A DNA stretch of 64,000 bases from a virus (IMGVR_UViG_3300030333_008604:1-64000); one strand, 5' to 3'. Shown: positions 1 through 9,249, numbered from the stretch's first letter. Notes: generated by a model not told the origin, from the sequence alone. Made by a program: numbers and translations.

Positions 1-2
1 AA

Positions 3-1121
3 GAGGCAAAAAAGCTTGGCTTATTGCCACACGAGTTACAAGCAATCGTGTGGGTCTCAATGCAAGTTAGACAAACCGGCGACCCGGGTCTCGGCGTTAC
101 AACCGAGTTTGCCATCAACCAGATTAAAGATTCTATAAGAAACATCAAGCAGATCAATCAAGACCTTGCTGACATCGAAAGAGAATTTGAGGAAAAAAGC
201 TGGCTTGGTACCTTGTTTGACGAAATTGATGGAAAAGGTTTTGAAGAGGCAGGCAAGTTTCTTCTTGGTGTCAAAAACGAAAAAGGAAAAGTCACGGTTC
301 CTGGTGTAAGATCGCTTACGTCTCGCGGAAAGAAGGGCTCAGCTTACAAATATTACCCAACACCTGAGGCGCCGGTTGCCAAACCCAAGGCTGTGCGCGC
401 AAAGAAGCCCGCAGGTGAACCAAGACCAAAACCTCCAAAAGCATATGCAGATTCAAAGTTTTCAGAACTTAATACCTGGTATGTCATGAACGAGATAATT
501 CAAATGCCTACTGGTAAGTTTAACAATCTGTATGATTCTATTATGCTGTATCTTAATCCAGATTTTTCAACACAAGCTGCAGTTGACTATATCACTGGCC
601 GGTTTGATCCAGAAGCTACAGCTACTAGCAAATATTTTACAGAAAACAAAAAAAGATTATCAGAAAATGATATCGGCGGCAATGAAATCAATGCTAAGCG
701 CGGCAATGACATGGCTACAATAATGCATAATTTTAAAAACTATACTTCAACTGGCGATGACGGTACAAAATCAGTCAAAGCAGTTCTTCATAGAAATGGC
801 GTTGCCCTTCTTTTAAAAAACGAAAAAGGCTGGGATTTGCCAGGAGGTCATATAAAAACTGACGAAGGGGCGCTGGAAGGCCTACAAAGAGAAATATATG
901 AAGAAACAGGCCTGATGATAGATCAAGTGGTTGATTTACATATAACGCACAAAAATAAAGAATTTTATGAGGGTGAGTTTCCAAGAGACGACATCATCTT
1001 AAGCGACGAGCATAGTGAGTATGGGTTCTTTAACTTAGAACAAGTAAAAAATCTACCTGATATTAGTCCACACTATCGAAAAATAGTAATTGCTTGCTTG
1101 ACAGGTGTATACGATGGATAA
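3..1121 (+). CDS. 5'-truncated multidomain protein with C-terminal NUDIX hydrolase domain
   Basis: Frame is open from window position 3; Nudix box GGHIKTDEGALEGLQREIYEETGL followed by LSDEHSEYGFF. Confidence 0.8.
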   Translation, partial: EAKKLGLLPHELQAIVWVSMQVRQTGDPGLGVTTEFAINQIKDSIRNIKQINQDLADIEREFEEKSWLGTLFDEIDGKGFEEAGKFLLGVKNEKGKVTVPGVRSLTSRGKKGSAYKYYPTPEAPVAKPKAVRAKKPAGEPRPKPPKAYADSKFSELNTWYVMNEIIQMPTGKFNNLYDSIMLYLNPDFSTQAAVDYITGRFDPEATATSKYFTENKKRLSENDIGGNEINAKRGNDMATIMHNFKNYTSTGDDGTKSVKAVLHRNGVALLLKNEKGWDLPGGHIKTDEGALEGLQREIYEETGLMIDQVVDLHITHKNKEFYEGEFPRDDIILSDEHSEYGFFNLEQVKNLPDISPHYRKIVIACLTGVYDG

Positions 1122-2541
1122 TGTAAAATGGAAGAGTTTTCTCAAAGAAGAGAGAAGTAGCGATCAATGGAGCGAATATGTAACATGGGTCGAGGGCATT
1201 ATTAGCAAAACTAGAAAAAAACTTCTTAATTCTTATGTCAACGGCCCGGGCAAACAAAGGCTCTTGAACTGGATGAAGGGTCAGACTAACATCAGCAACG
1301 TTGATAAAATTTATAAAAGAAGAGTGTTGCCACAAATAAAGAAAGCTTTAAAAATAAAAGTCAACATAACCAAGCAAAGACTTGAAATAAGCCACGGACA
1401 CCCGACGGAGGCCTATTACAACAGGAAGGGAGGCAAAAAAGGCGCTTACATTTCACTGTCTGTTGTATATTTTAGTGATGCTTATGCCGCGTTCGCGGAC
1501 TTTGGGAGCGCACCGGATATTCAAGCTCGAATGAAAAAAGCGCTTGGACAGACGATAGCCTTAGACCTAAGGCATGAGTTTTTTCATTCTGTCGACGACC
1601 ACTTAGTTGATGTCTTCCCAAATATAAAAAACTTATTTTCAACAAATATAAAAACTCGTCAGTCTTTGCGCACCATCATGGGGGGCGAGAATCCGGCTGG
1701 CCATGCTGAATCTTATGCTGATTACAAAAAACTACAAAGCATGATAGACGACATGGGCAAACAAATAACGCCGGCTTATATTAAATTTTTATGCAAGAAT
1801 AAAGGTAACCAGGCAGCAGGGAGAACCCAGGCAGAAAAGCTCCTGCTCGACACTGAATATGTTAAAGCAATCGACTGTACAAATCCTGCGGGGGTTGCCA
1901 AAGCGTTACGTGATCTTGCACAAGTTGATAAAAAACCAACAATGACGGCCATGGCTGAAGGGCGTGATTGGAGAAAGTTTCTTAAAGAATCAAAGTTGAG
2001 AATTTTTGATTTTGATGACACTTTAGTTAAGACAGACGCAATGGTTAGGATGACCTCTGATACCGGCAAGCAAGTTGAGATGACACCTGCCGAATTTTCT
2101 CAACATCAAATGAACGATAAAAACGATTATGATTTTAGTGACTTCAATAAAGTGATCAACCCTAGGGAAATCAGACAGGTTACTGATATTTTAAGAAATG
2201 TAACAAAGGCTGCGGGTGATCGCGAAATAATTATTTTAACAGCCAGGGACCCCAAGGCTCAAGCTGCAATTGAAGAATGGCTAGAGTCAATCGGTATCGA
2301 TATATCAAAAATTAATGTAATTGGGCTAGCTAGTCCCGATCCAGCAGCTAAGGCAAACTGGATTGAAAATAAAATTGTTGACGGTGCGACAGACATCCTG
2401 TTTCTGGATGATTCTGGTAAAAACATCGACGCGGTAGCAGCACTCAAAAGGCGCTACCCAGATATTAAAATCGACGCGAGAATTAGCAAGTATGGGGAAA
2501 CAATAGAGGAGATTATAAAAAATGGGATGGAGACAAAATAA
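1114..2541 (+). CDS. Two-domain protein: HExxH zincin-like domain plus HAD-family phosphatase, each preceded by a WxxFLKE leader
   Basis: HEFFH at 1573-1587; HAD motifs IFDFDDTL, ILTAR, FLDDS; WKSFLKEE (1129-1152) and WRKFLKE (1969-1989); ATG 1114 preferred to GTG 1105. Confidence 0.75.
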   Translation: MDNVKWKSFLKEERSSDQWSEYVTWVEGIISKTRKKLLNSYVNGPGKQRLLNWMKGQTNISNVDKIYKRRVLPQIKKALKIKVNITKQRLEISHGHPTEAYYNRKGGKKGAYISLSVVYFSDAYAAFADFGSAPDIQARMKKALGQTIALDLRHEFFHSVDDHLVDVFPNIKNLFSTNIKTRQSLRTIMGGENPAGHAESYADYKKLQSMIDDMGKQITPAYIKFLCKNKGNQAAGRTQAEKLLLDTEYVKAIDCTNPAGVAKALRDLAQVDKKPTMTAMAEGRDWRKFLKESKLRIFDFDDTLVKTDAMVRMTSDTGKQVEMTPAEFSQHQMNDKNDYDFSDFNKVINPREIRQVTDILRNVTKAAGDREIIILTARDPKAQAAIEEWLESIGIDISKINVIGLASPDPAAKANWIENKIVDGATDILFLDDSGKNIDAVAALKRRYPDIKIDARISKYGETIEEIIKNGMETK

Positions 2542-3382
2542 TTATAATAAAAAATCTGCTAAGAAGCATGGATGGCACCCAAGCTGGTTTGCATCTCACT
2601 TGAATGCCTTTAATGACGAGCTAACACTATACGTCAAGGCATTTCAAGCCAAACATGATCTAAAGACTGACGGATATGTCGGCCCTGTAACGTTTAGGCG
2701 TTTGCTGACCCATAGAGAGTCTTTGGAAGACAGGGTTGGTAATTTTATCTTAATTAACGGAGATCAGATTCCAATTAGCTGGGATGTTAAAATAGATTTA
2801 ATTAAGCCAGGCGCCTTTAAAAAAGTTTCTAGTGTACGTAAACCAACAATGATGGTTACTCACTGGGATGCTTGCACTTCTGCAAAATCCTGCAAGAGGG
2901 TCTTAGAGGCGAGAAATATTTCAACTCATTTTTGTATTGATAATGACGGTGTTATTTTTCAATTACTAGACACAAACGATATTGGTTGGCACGCCGGGAT
3001 ACGTCGTGTTAATAATGCGTCAATCGGAATTGACTTCAGTAACGCTTATTATGAAAAATACAACAGAATTTATGAAAAGAGAGGCCTGCCGCCTAGGCCA
3101 GTATTAAAAGATAGTCGGGTTCATGGCGTGAAACTAAAACCACATTTAGGCTATTACAAGGTTCAACTAGAGGCATATGCTAGATTAGTTAAAGCTCTTG
3201 GAGACCATTATAACATTCCATTTAAAGTACCAGAAGACGAAAATGGAAAGCTTTTGACGCGAGTCGACTCATCAGCTAGAAGCGGCCGGTTCAAAGGCGT
3301 TGTATGTCACTATCATTTAACTAGAGGCAAGATTGATTGTGCTGGCTTGGAGTTGAAGAAAATCATTGATGAGCTTTGCTGA
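2522..3382 (+). CDS. Endolysin-like: peptidoglycan-binding domain plus N-acetylmuramoyl-L-alanine amidase (Amidase_2)
   Basis: VKAFQAKHDLKTDGYVGPVT (PG-binding); VTHWD, STHFCID, WHAG, NNASIGID, CHYHL..KIDC amidase motifs. Confidence 0.85.
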   Translation: MGWRQNNYNKKSAKKHGWHPSWFASHLNAFNDELTLYVKAFQAKHDLKTDGYVGPVTFRRLLTHRESLEDRVGNFILINGDQIPISWDVKIDLIKPGAFKKVSSVRKPTMMVTHWDACTSAKSCKRVLEARNISTHFCIDNDGVIFQLLDTNDIGWHAGIRRVNNASIGIDFSNAYYEKYNRIYEKRGLPPRPVLKDSRVHGVKLKPHLGYYKVQLEAYARLVKALGDHYNIPFKVPEDENGKLLTRVDSSARSGRFKGVVCHYHLTRGKIDCAGLELKKIIDELC

Positions 3383-3566
3383 CGACTTCTAATTTTTTAG
3401 CGTCTAAGATCTTAACAAGAGCAAAACGATTAGCCATATCTTCGTTAAGCCAAAAAATTTCTAAATCTTTTGTTGCCCAAATTCTCTTAACCATTCCAAT
3501 AGGTTTCTCTTTTTGTTTCTTCATACCTCTTAAAGTAACGAGGTCTCCTATTTCAATTTTTGACAT
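3363..3566 (-). CDS. Small hypothetical protein, SH3/KOW-like
   Basis: MSKIEIGDLVTL...IGMV...LEIFW pattern typical of small phage beta-barrel proteins; start at 3566 preferred. Confidence 0.55.
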   Translation of the reverse strand: MSKIEIGDLVTLRGMKKQKEKPIGMVKRIWATKDLEIFWLNEDMANRFALVKILDAKKLEVVSKAHQ

Positions 3567-3616
3567 GTCTTGCTTTTTGTTACTAGTTAAATGATAGACG
3601 ACGGGGAAATGTTTTA

Positions 3617-3865
3617 ATGAGTCTACCTTGTAAATCAAAATTATTTAAATTTTTATTAATCTCTATCTTTTTGCTCGTAAGTACAATATGTTGCGACTCT
3701 CTTATAAATTCAAAAGCTAGCCAAGTAAAAGTCAAAGAAGCTCGAAAGCCATGTTCTTTAGAAAATGTACAAGTTCAGCAAGAAAAAATAATGACCCGAC
3801 TTGAACGTATAGAGACAAAATTTAAACGTAGGAAACTACGTAGAGAAAAGAAAAACAGGATATAA
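3617..3865 (+). CDS. Small secreted or membrane protein with coiled-coil tail (possible lysis accessory)
   Basis: Hydrophobic N-terminus LFKFLLISIFLLVSTICC followed by coiled coil; lies near the amidase. Confidence 0.45.
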   Translation: MSLPCKSKLFKFLLISIFLLVSTICCDSLINSKASQVKVKEARKPCSLENVQVQQEKIMTRLERIETKFKRRKLRREKKNRI

Positions 3866-3869
3866 GGGC

Positions 3870-4127
3870 ATGGCCGGACAAAACGACAATAATTCCCAGC
3901 AAGGGATCAGTATAGAGTCTTTAAAAGATTGGTTTTCTTTTATTGCTGCTGTTATGGCAACTGTCGCTGCTGTTATCTTCTGGGTTCAGACCAGCAGCGA
4001 CTCTAAATTTGAAAAAGTCGAATCTCAGATCTCAAGGCTGCGGTCTGACATTGATAAAATTCAGACAAACAACAATGAGATTCTCAGAATTATTGGCCGA
4101 CTTGAAGGCAAGCTAGATAGCGACTAG
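3870..4127 (+). CDS. Single-TM plus coiled-coil protein (holin-like candidate)
   Basis: TM segment FSFIAAVMATVAAVIFWV then heptad-rich tail. Confidence 0.55.
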   Translation: MAGQNDNNSQQGISIESLKDWFSFIAAVMATVAAVIFWVQTSSDSKFEKVESQISRLRSDIDKIQTNNNEILRIIGRLEGKLDSD

Positions 4128-4321
4128 CTAGAGCGCCCAAAAGAACCGTCATATCTGTCATCGAACCATTCAGCCCTTGTTGCAATAATATCTGCCTCAA
4201 GGCGATCGTTCATAGATCCAAATGCTAGGCCCAACACCCACAAGCAAACAGCCAAGACTGCGCCAAGAATAAACAAAAGAACTGTGAACAAATTTTTAAA
4301 AATGTTGTATAAAGTAGTCAT
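4124..4321 (-). CDS. Small membrane protein
   Basis: One long TM segment; GAGGT SD and TGCTATTAT extended -10 upstream on the minus strand. Confidence 0.6.
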   Translation of the reverse strand: MTTLYNIFKNLFTVLLFILGAVLAVCLWVLGLAFGSMNDRLEADIIATRAEWFDDRYDGSFGRSS

Positions 4322-4336
4322 CGTCTTACCTCACTA

Positions 4337-4367
4337 ATAATATAATAGCATAACTAGAATTAGTAAA
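4337..4367 (-). promoter_or_regulatory. Sigma70-like promoter for 4124..4321
   Basis: Minus strand TTTACT-17 bp-TATATT, overlapping extended -10 TGCTATTAT (4342-4350). Confidence 0.45.
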
Positions 4368-4375
4368 GACAGGAA

Positions 4376-4382
4376 CTATTTA
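4376..4382 (+). promoter_or_regulatory. Putative phage late promoter motif CTATTTA
   Basis: Recurrent motif, 6 nt upstream of ATG 4389. Confidence 0.55.
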
Positions 4383-4388
4383 ATTATA

Positions 4389-5321
4389 ATGAACACTTCC
4401 ATGAAAGCAGATGAGTTGGTGCAGAATAAACAAACGCTGCATCAGAACTTGTGGTTTAGCGACAAGATCAATCCGCAGGCTCGTAGAAAATTAATGAAAA
4501 TTGCTATGTCATTTTTTGAAGGCCTGGATCTACCTGAAGAGTCTTTGGAAGACGTAACAGTTACAGGCTCATTAGCTAATTTTAACTGGACAAAATTTTC
4601 TGATATCGACCTGCATTTGATTGTGGACTTTAGCTTGGTTGATTCAAACACCGATCTAGTGGGAGAATATTTTCGTGCAAAAACTTCTAACTGGAACAGG
4701 ACTCATAAAATAAAATTGTTTGCTCACGAGGTGGAAATTTACATTCAAAACAAGGATGAGCCACATCATAGTTCCGGCGTCTACTCTTTGAAAAGCGATG
4801 ATTGGATTGTCGAGCCGCAAAGAAAAGAAGTAAATGTTGATGCTGAATCTCTAAGAAAGAAAGCTAACGTTTTTGTTGACATGATTGAGCGCGCTGATGA
4901 TCTTTACATTGGCAAGGAATATGAAAAAGCTTATGATTTTGCTAAACAATTATTTGATAAAATTAAAAACTTTCGCAAGGCAGGATTAGAAGCCGGCGGA
5001 GAATATTCGTTAGAAAATCTTACTTTTAAATACTTAAGAAGCAACGAGTATATTAAATTTTTAAACGATCTAAGAACAGCGGCATATGATAAAATGATGT
5101 CTTTAAACGGCGATTACGAAAAGAAATTTAAAATTTTTATTTCTCAAGATAAAGAAACTGCAAGAGGCGGTTTTGATAAACTCACTGAAATAGAAAACTT
5201 TCAACGACGGGTAGCTAATAAACACGACCGGCTTAAGCGATTGACTTTGGGGCTCACAGCGGATGATATCGCTGGTAAAAGATCACCGAGCGCGCCGGCG
5301 GGATTCGGAGGTTCTGTTTAA
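4389..5321 (+). CDS. Pol-beta superfamily nucleotidyltransferase
   Basis: VTGSLANFNWTKFSDIDLHLI (GS...DxD) and a third acidic site EVEIYIQ. Confidence 0.8.
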   Translation: MNTSMKADELVQNKQTLHQNLWFSDKINPQARRKLMKIAMSFFEGLDLPEESLEDVTVTGSLANFNWTKFSDIDLHLIVDFSLVDSNTDLVGEYFRAKTSNWNRTHKIKLFAHEVEIYIQNKDEPHHSSGVYSLKSDDWIVEPQRKEVNVDAESLRKKANVFVDMIERADDLYIGKEYEKAYDFAKQLFDKIKNFRKAGLEAGGEYSLENLTFKYLRSNEYIKFLNDLRTAAYDKMMSLNGDYEKKFKIFISQDKETARGGFDKLTEIENFQRRVANKHDRLKRLTLGLTADDIAGKRSPSAPAGFGGSV

Positions 5322-5322
5322 A

Positions 5323-6624
5323 ATGTACGAATTGAACAATCTAACAAAAGACGATCATTCTATTTTCAAGCAACTTGCAGATGATTTTATGCCCTATGCT
5401 CAAGATTATTTAGGATACGACAAACCTGTTGGTTTAGAGCTAGTCTCAGACCCTGAAAATGCTAAAGATCCGCTAGGTAAGACTGCCTACTACGATCCAC
5501 AAAATATGAAGATTACTCTTTTTGTAGATAGCCGGCACCCGAAAGATATTTTAAGATCTCTCGGGCATGAGTTAGTGCACCATGCTCAAAATTGTAGAGG
5601 CGATTTTGACAGAGAATTTAGTACCGAGCCGGGTTATGCTCAAAATGACCCTCACTTGCGCGCCTGCGAGGAAGAAGCATATAAGGTAGGCGGCGGATTT
5701 TTAGTTAGAGATTGGGAAGATCAATTTAAATTAACTGAAGGAATGATAAGTACCTATTTATTAAAGCGGACATCGTCCAAAAAGGAGAAGAAAACAATGA
5801 GTTCCATGAAGAGAATTAAGGTTGTGTTGACCGAAGGAAAAAAGGGCAAGAAAGGAAAAAAGGTAAAGCACAAGTGCGCGTCACATGTGAAAGAAAACAT
5901 CACAGGTCGTCGCGGACGATGCATTAATCACACACTTAGCGAGTCCGGACATGTTTCGCACTACACTGTTGAATTTAAAGATGTTATAATTGAAAACATT
6001 CCCGTTAATGCGCTTACAGTTTTAAAAGAAGGTCTTCACGAACACCAGCTTCAACGCGAAGATTATTCTCATGATGAAGAAATGATGAGAGAAGAATACG
6101 ATGATTATGATACAGATATGGCCGATGCGCAAGCTACAGCTGATGATGCATTAGCAAGCCCTATGGATGATGTACTACCAGCAGATCCGGACATGCCCAT
6201 GGACCCAGACATGCCCATGGACCCAGACCCAAGCGATCCACCTATGCCTCCTTTGCCAGGAGAACTACCTGGTGAGGAGCTGCCCATGGAGGATCCTTTA
6301 ATGGATGACGGTCTTGAGGAAGGTTTCCCGGCGAAAGCTGAAGATTTCGATTTAAGTCGACCGCAAGAAGACCCGGACCCACGCAAGATGAAAAAGATAA
6401 AGGGAATTCCTAAACGGCGCCCGGGCGAATCTGCACAAGATTTTAGAAAACGGCTGGAAGATGAAGCTGAACAAGTAGACGAAGCTTCCACACCAGATCA
6501 CAATGATCGACATGCTGGCCGTGCAGCCGGTGGTAGAAGAATTCGTGTTGCTGAGTCTCATTGGACGCGAGGCAACAAAGAAGAGCTGCTCTTTGAGCGC
6601 TTAAAAAACAAATGGTGTAAATAA
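5323..6624 (+). CDS. HExxH zincin-like domain fused to small His/Cys domain and acidic low-complexity tail; probable internal start at 5797
   Basis: ILRSLGHELVHH (HELVH 5566-5580) and EEEAY; GGAGG SD before ATG 5323; internal CTATTTA (5754-5760), AAGGAG (5782-5787) and in-frame ATG 5797. Confidence 0.7.
   Translation: MYELNNLTKDDHSIFKQLADDFMPYAQDYLGYDKPVGLELVSDPENAKDPLGKTAYYDPQNMKITLFVDSRHPKDILRSLGHELVHHAQNCRGDFDREFSTEPGYAQNDPHLRACEEEAYKVGGGFLVRDWEDQFKLTEGMISTYLLKRTSSKKEKKTMSSMKRIKVVLTEGKKGKKGKKVKHKCASHVKENITGRRGRCINHTLSESGHVSHYTVEFKDVIIENIPVNALTVLKEGLHEHQLQREDYSHDEEMMREEYDDYDTDMADAQATADDALASPMDDVLPADPDMPMDPDMPMDPDPSDPPMPPLPGELPGEELPMEDPLMDDGLEEGFPAKAEDFDLSRPQEDPDPRKMKKIKGIPKRRPGESAQDFRKRLEDEAEQVDEASTPDHNDRHAGRAAGGRRIRVAESHWTRGNKEELLFERLKNKWCK
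6190..6225 (+). repeat. 18-bp coding tandem repeat (2 copies, DMPMDP)
   Basis: GACATGCCCATGGACCCA occurs twice in exact tandem. Confidence 0.9.
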
Positions 6625-6636
6625 AGGAGAAACACT

Positions 6637-6867
6637 ATGCCTAGCCCAAGAAGAAGAAGACTTAAGAGAAAGTTACGCCGCGAGCAAGCTGGTGGCGTTG
6701 TTAACACTGTTGTCGAAAAGGTTGTCGAAGCTGTTGAAGACGTCGTCGAAGCCGTAGAAGAAGTCGTTGAAAAAGTAGCACCCAAGCCCAAACCTAAGCC
6801 GGCGCGTAAGAAAGCTGCGCCTAAAAAGGCCGCTCCAAAAGCAAAAGCTGAAAAAAGCGAGGAGTAG
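6637..6867 (+). CDS. Small low-complexity protein: Arg-rich N-terminus, VVE repeats, H1-like KKAAPK tail
   Basis: AAGGAG SD; MPSPRRRRLKRKLRR, VVEKVVEAVEDVVEAVEEVVEK, KKAAPKKAAPK. Confidence 0.7.
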   Translation: MPSPRRRRLKRKLRREQAGGVVNTVVEKVVEAVEDVVEAVEEVVEKVAPKPKPKPARKKAAPKKAAPKAKAEKSEE

Positions 6868-6870
6868 ACC

Positions 6871-9249
6871 ATGGCAACACCTGTTTTATTAACAGAAGGT
6901 GCTCTTGGCGTTGCTGGTAAGTCTCATATGGATCATCTGTATGATAATTATGAGCTTACTTTTTCAAACTTAAAAAAGATTTTCGTTGCTGCAGCAGACG
7001 GCAGGCTCGAAGGAACAGAAAAGACAGATGGACAAAATCTGTATCTTTCTTACTCTGTTCAGCGCGGCATGGCCGTTGCTGCAAGAAATAAGGGAAATCT
7101 TAAGTCAGGCGGCATGTCCGCTTCTGAATTGGCTAAAAAGTTTTCCAACAGAGGATCAGTAGAAGCTGCATTTAACGACGCATTCTCTGCGTTTGAGAAA
7201 GCTGTGCGCGGATTGCCTCAAGAAACTCAGATAGATATCTTCGGCCAAGATGCTGATATTTATTACAATTCAGAAATTCAAGATCCAAGAAATGCGAATG
7301 TTATCAATTATGATACAAAAACCCTAAACATTCACAGGGTTGGGCATTCTAAATTTAGTAAAGAAACGGGTACTGCTGAAGATCATAGCGCAGCAGAGAA
7401 TTTTGAAGCGCTACAAAACGCGCTAGAAACAATTCAGCATAATATTGAGCAGCAAGATTTCAGAATTCAAGTTAACGCAGTGAGAAATCTGGCTGGGTTG
7501 ACGGATAAGAAAGCCCTCAAGGATGCTCTGCAGGGTGTTGAGTCATTAACGAGAGAAGTAGGTATTTCTGATAGTCAAACCATTGGAGAATATTTGATTG
7601 CGCGTCTTGTGCCAATGATACGAGAACAAGTAGATCTTCCTCAACAAGTTGAGAAGCTTGTTTTAAAAAGACTCCTTGGTGCGAAAGGGCCCGAGTTCCA
7701 CTTAAATGCTCTGAAGCGCAAGCTTGATCCACACCAATTTCAAAAAGTAAAAGAAATCCTGGACGATGGCAAGCGTTTAAAGCTCGAAGCCATTGAGCCA
7801 TTAGAAAACGTTGTTCACGATTTTGCTGTAGCGATGTTAGAAAATCTACAAAGTATTTTTGTTTTAGATCAGAAGAAAGAAATTCAAAGATTGAGAGATG
7901 AAGTAGGGCAAGCGATAACCGCCATTGAGAATTCAGGCAATGAAGATGCCATGGCCATTCTCAAGCAGCAAATGAAAAAGCTAAAGACTTTAAAAGGAAT
8001 TAATACTCCAGCTGAAGGTTTTGTTTTTGATTTTGACGGCCACACTTACAAGATGACTGGCAATTTTGCGCCTGTCAACCAAATCCTGGGCATGTTTAAA
8101 TATGGGCGGAAAGGCATTCCACCAATGAAACTCACAGAGTCTGTTGGTGACGATAAGCTTGTTATTTTAATTCCAGGCGGGTTTAAACCACCAACAGTTG
8201 GACATTATAATTTGATTAAGCATTATGAGCAGGATCCAGATGTTGTAAAAGTGTATGTCTTGTCTGGCCTGGGTGCTGAGGATCCCAAACAAAAAGGCGT
8301 ATTCTCAGGAAGAGATGGCGTGACGAAGGCGCACAGCGAAAAAATATTTAAATTATATGGCGGCTTTTCAGGCAAAGTAGAGTTTAAAGATTCCCCATCT
8401 GAAGATAAAACCCCGCTTACAACATGCTACAAGATCATAACAGGTGAGAGATATCCAGAAATTGTAAAACAATTTGGAAAAGCTATTTTTTCTATTGGAG
8501 CTAGTGATAAAGACAGAGACGAAGCAAGAATTTCTCAATTTGTAAAATATTTTCAACAAAGGCCAGAAGTAGCAAAAGTTGAAGTAACTGGACATGATGC
8601 GGCACCTGCTTATGAAATTGATGGCAAGCCTGCGAGTGCGTCGCGGATGCGCGCAGCTTTAGCTGCGGCTAGTAATCCAAACCCTCCGCCCGGACAAGAT
8701 CCTGAGGCGATGTGGAAAGAGTTTGACAAGTTTCTTCCGCATCCGTCTCTTAGAAATGATGTTGTAAACGTTTTGCAAGGAGGTGTCCTTGAGGAAAATT
8801 TTTTAACGATGCACTCCCTATTTTCTTTGGTTGACATTTTACTTGAAGAGAAAGAAAACAATCCATGGGCAATTTGCACCGCTTCTGTCGGCAGAGAAGA
8901 TAAAGCAAAGTATGAAAGATGTGTCAAAAGTGTCAAAAAGAAAGAGAATATTGCAGAAGAATTAGGTGATAGTGGCCTATTTACTTCTAATGAGGAGGAG
9001 AATCCCAATATTGAAAAGCAAGCAGCATTAGGGGCTCGTGCCGCCGTGGCTGCGGCGCCGTTGTCTGCGGACACGACCGAAGAGGCAATGAGCGAAATAG
9101 AAGAACTTATTTTAAATCTTCTACAACAAGATCAGGAAGACAAAAACGAAAAATTAAGCGATGATGGAGCTTTAGACGAAATCTCAATGGCTAGTGGTGC
9201 AGTGGAAGGCGGCGGATCGCCATGGCCAGAAAAAATGAGGAGATCATAA
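6871..9249 (+). CDS. Multidomain protein: ATP-dependent ligase-like nucleotidyltransferase domain, HIGH-type (cytidylyl/adenylyl)transferase domain and small Cys mini-domain
   Basis: EKTDG (7018-7032), AEGFVF (8011-8028), YKMT; linker MKLTE; IPGGFKPPTVGH (8170-8205) and SASRMR; NNPWAIC...YERCVK. Confidence 0.65.
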   Translation: MATPVLLTEGALGVAGKSHMDHLYDNYELTFSNLKKIFVAAADGRLEGTEKTDGQNLYLSYSVQRGMAVAARNKGNLKSGGMSASELAKKFSNRGSVEAAFNDAFSAFEKAVRGLPQETQIDIFGQDADIYYNSEIQDPRNANVINYDTKTLNIHRVGHSKFSKETGTAEDHSAAENFEALQNALETIQHNIEQQDFRIQVNAVRNLAGLTDKKALKDALQGVESLTREVGISDSQTIGEYLIARLVPMIREQVDLPQQVEKLVLKRLLGAKGPEFHLNALKRKLDPHQFQKVKEILDDGKRLKLEAIEPLENVVHDFAVAMLENLQSIFVLDQKKEIQRLRDEVGQAITAIENSGNEDAMAILKQQMKKLKTLKGINTPAEGFVFDFDGHTYKMTGNFAPVNQILGMFKYGRKGIPPMKLTESVGDDKLVILIPGGFKPPTVGHYNLIKHYEQDPDVVKVYVLSGLGAEDPKQKGVFSGRDGVTKAHSEKIFKLYGGFSGKVEFKDSPSEDKTPLTTCYKIITGERYPEIVKQFGKAIFSIGASDKDRDEARISQFVKYFQQRPEVAKVEVTGHDAAPAYEIDGKPASASRMRAALAAASNPNPPPGQDPEAMWKEFDKFLPHPSLRNDVVNVLQGGVLEENFLTMHSLFSLVDILLEEKENNPWAICTASVGREDKAKYERCVKSVKKKENIAEELGDSGLFTSNEEENPNIEKQAALGARAAVAAAPLSADTTEEAMSEIEELILNLLQQDQEDKNEKLSDDGALDEISMASGAVEGGGSPWPEKMRRS

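Noticed and set aside
3376-3594. Plus-strand 72-aa ORF
   Set aside because: Antisense shadow of the more protein-like minus-strand gene 3363..3566.
6190-6225. 18-bp tandem repeat as regulatory or phase-variable element
   Set aside because: In-frame two-copy duplication in a disordered acidic linker.
8990-9031. Leaderless 13-aa ORF MRRRIPILKSKQH 6 nt after CTATTTA
   Set aside because: Too short and out of frame within a long gene; the motif more likely serves gene 9251.
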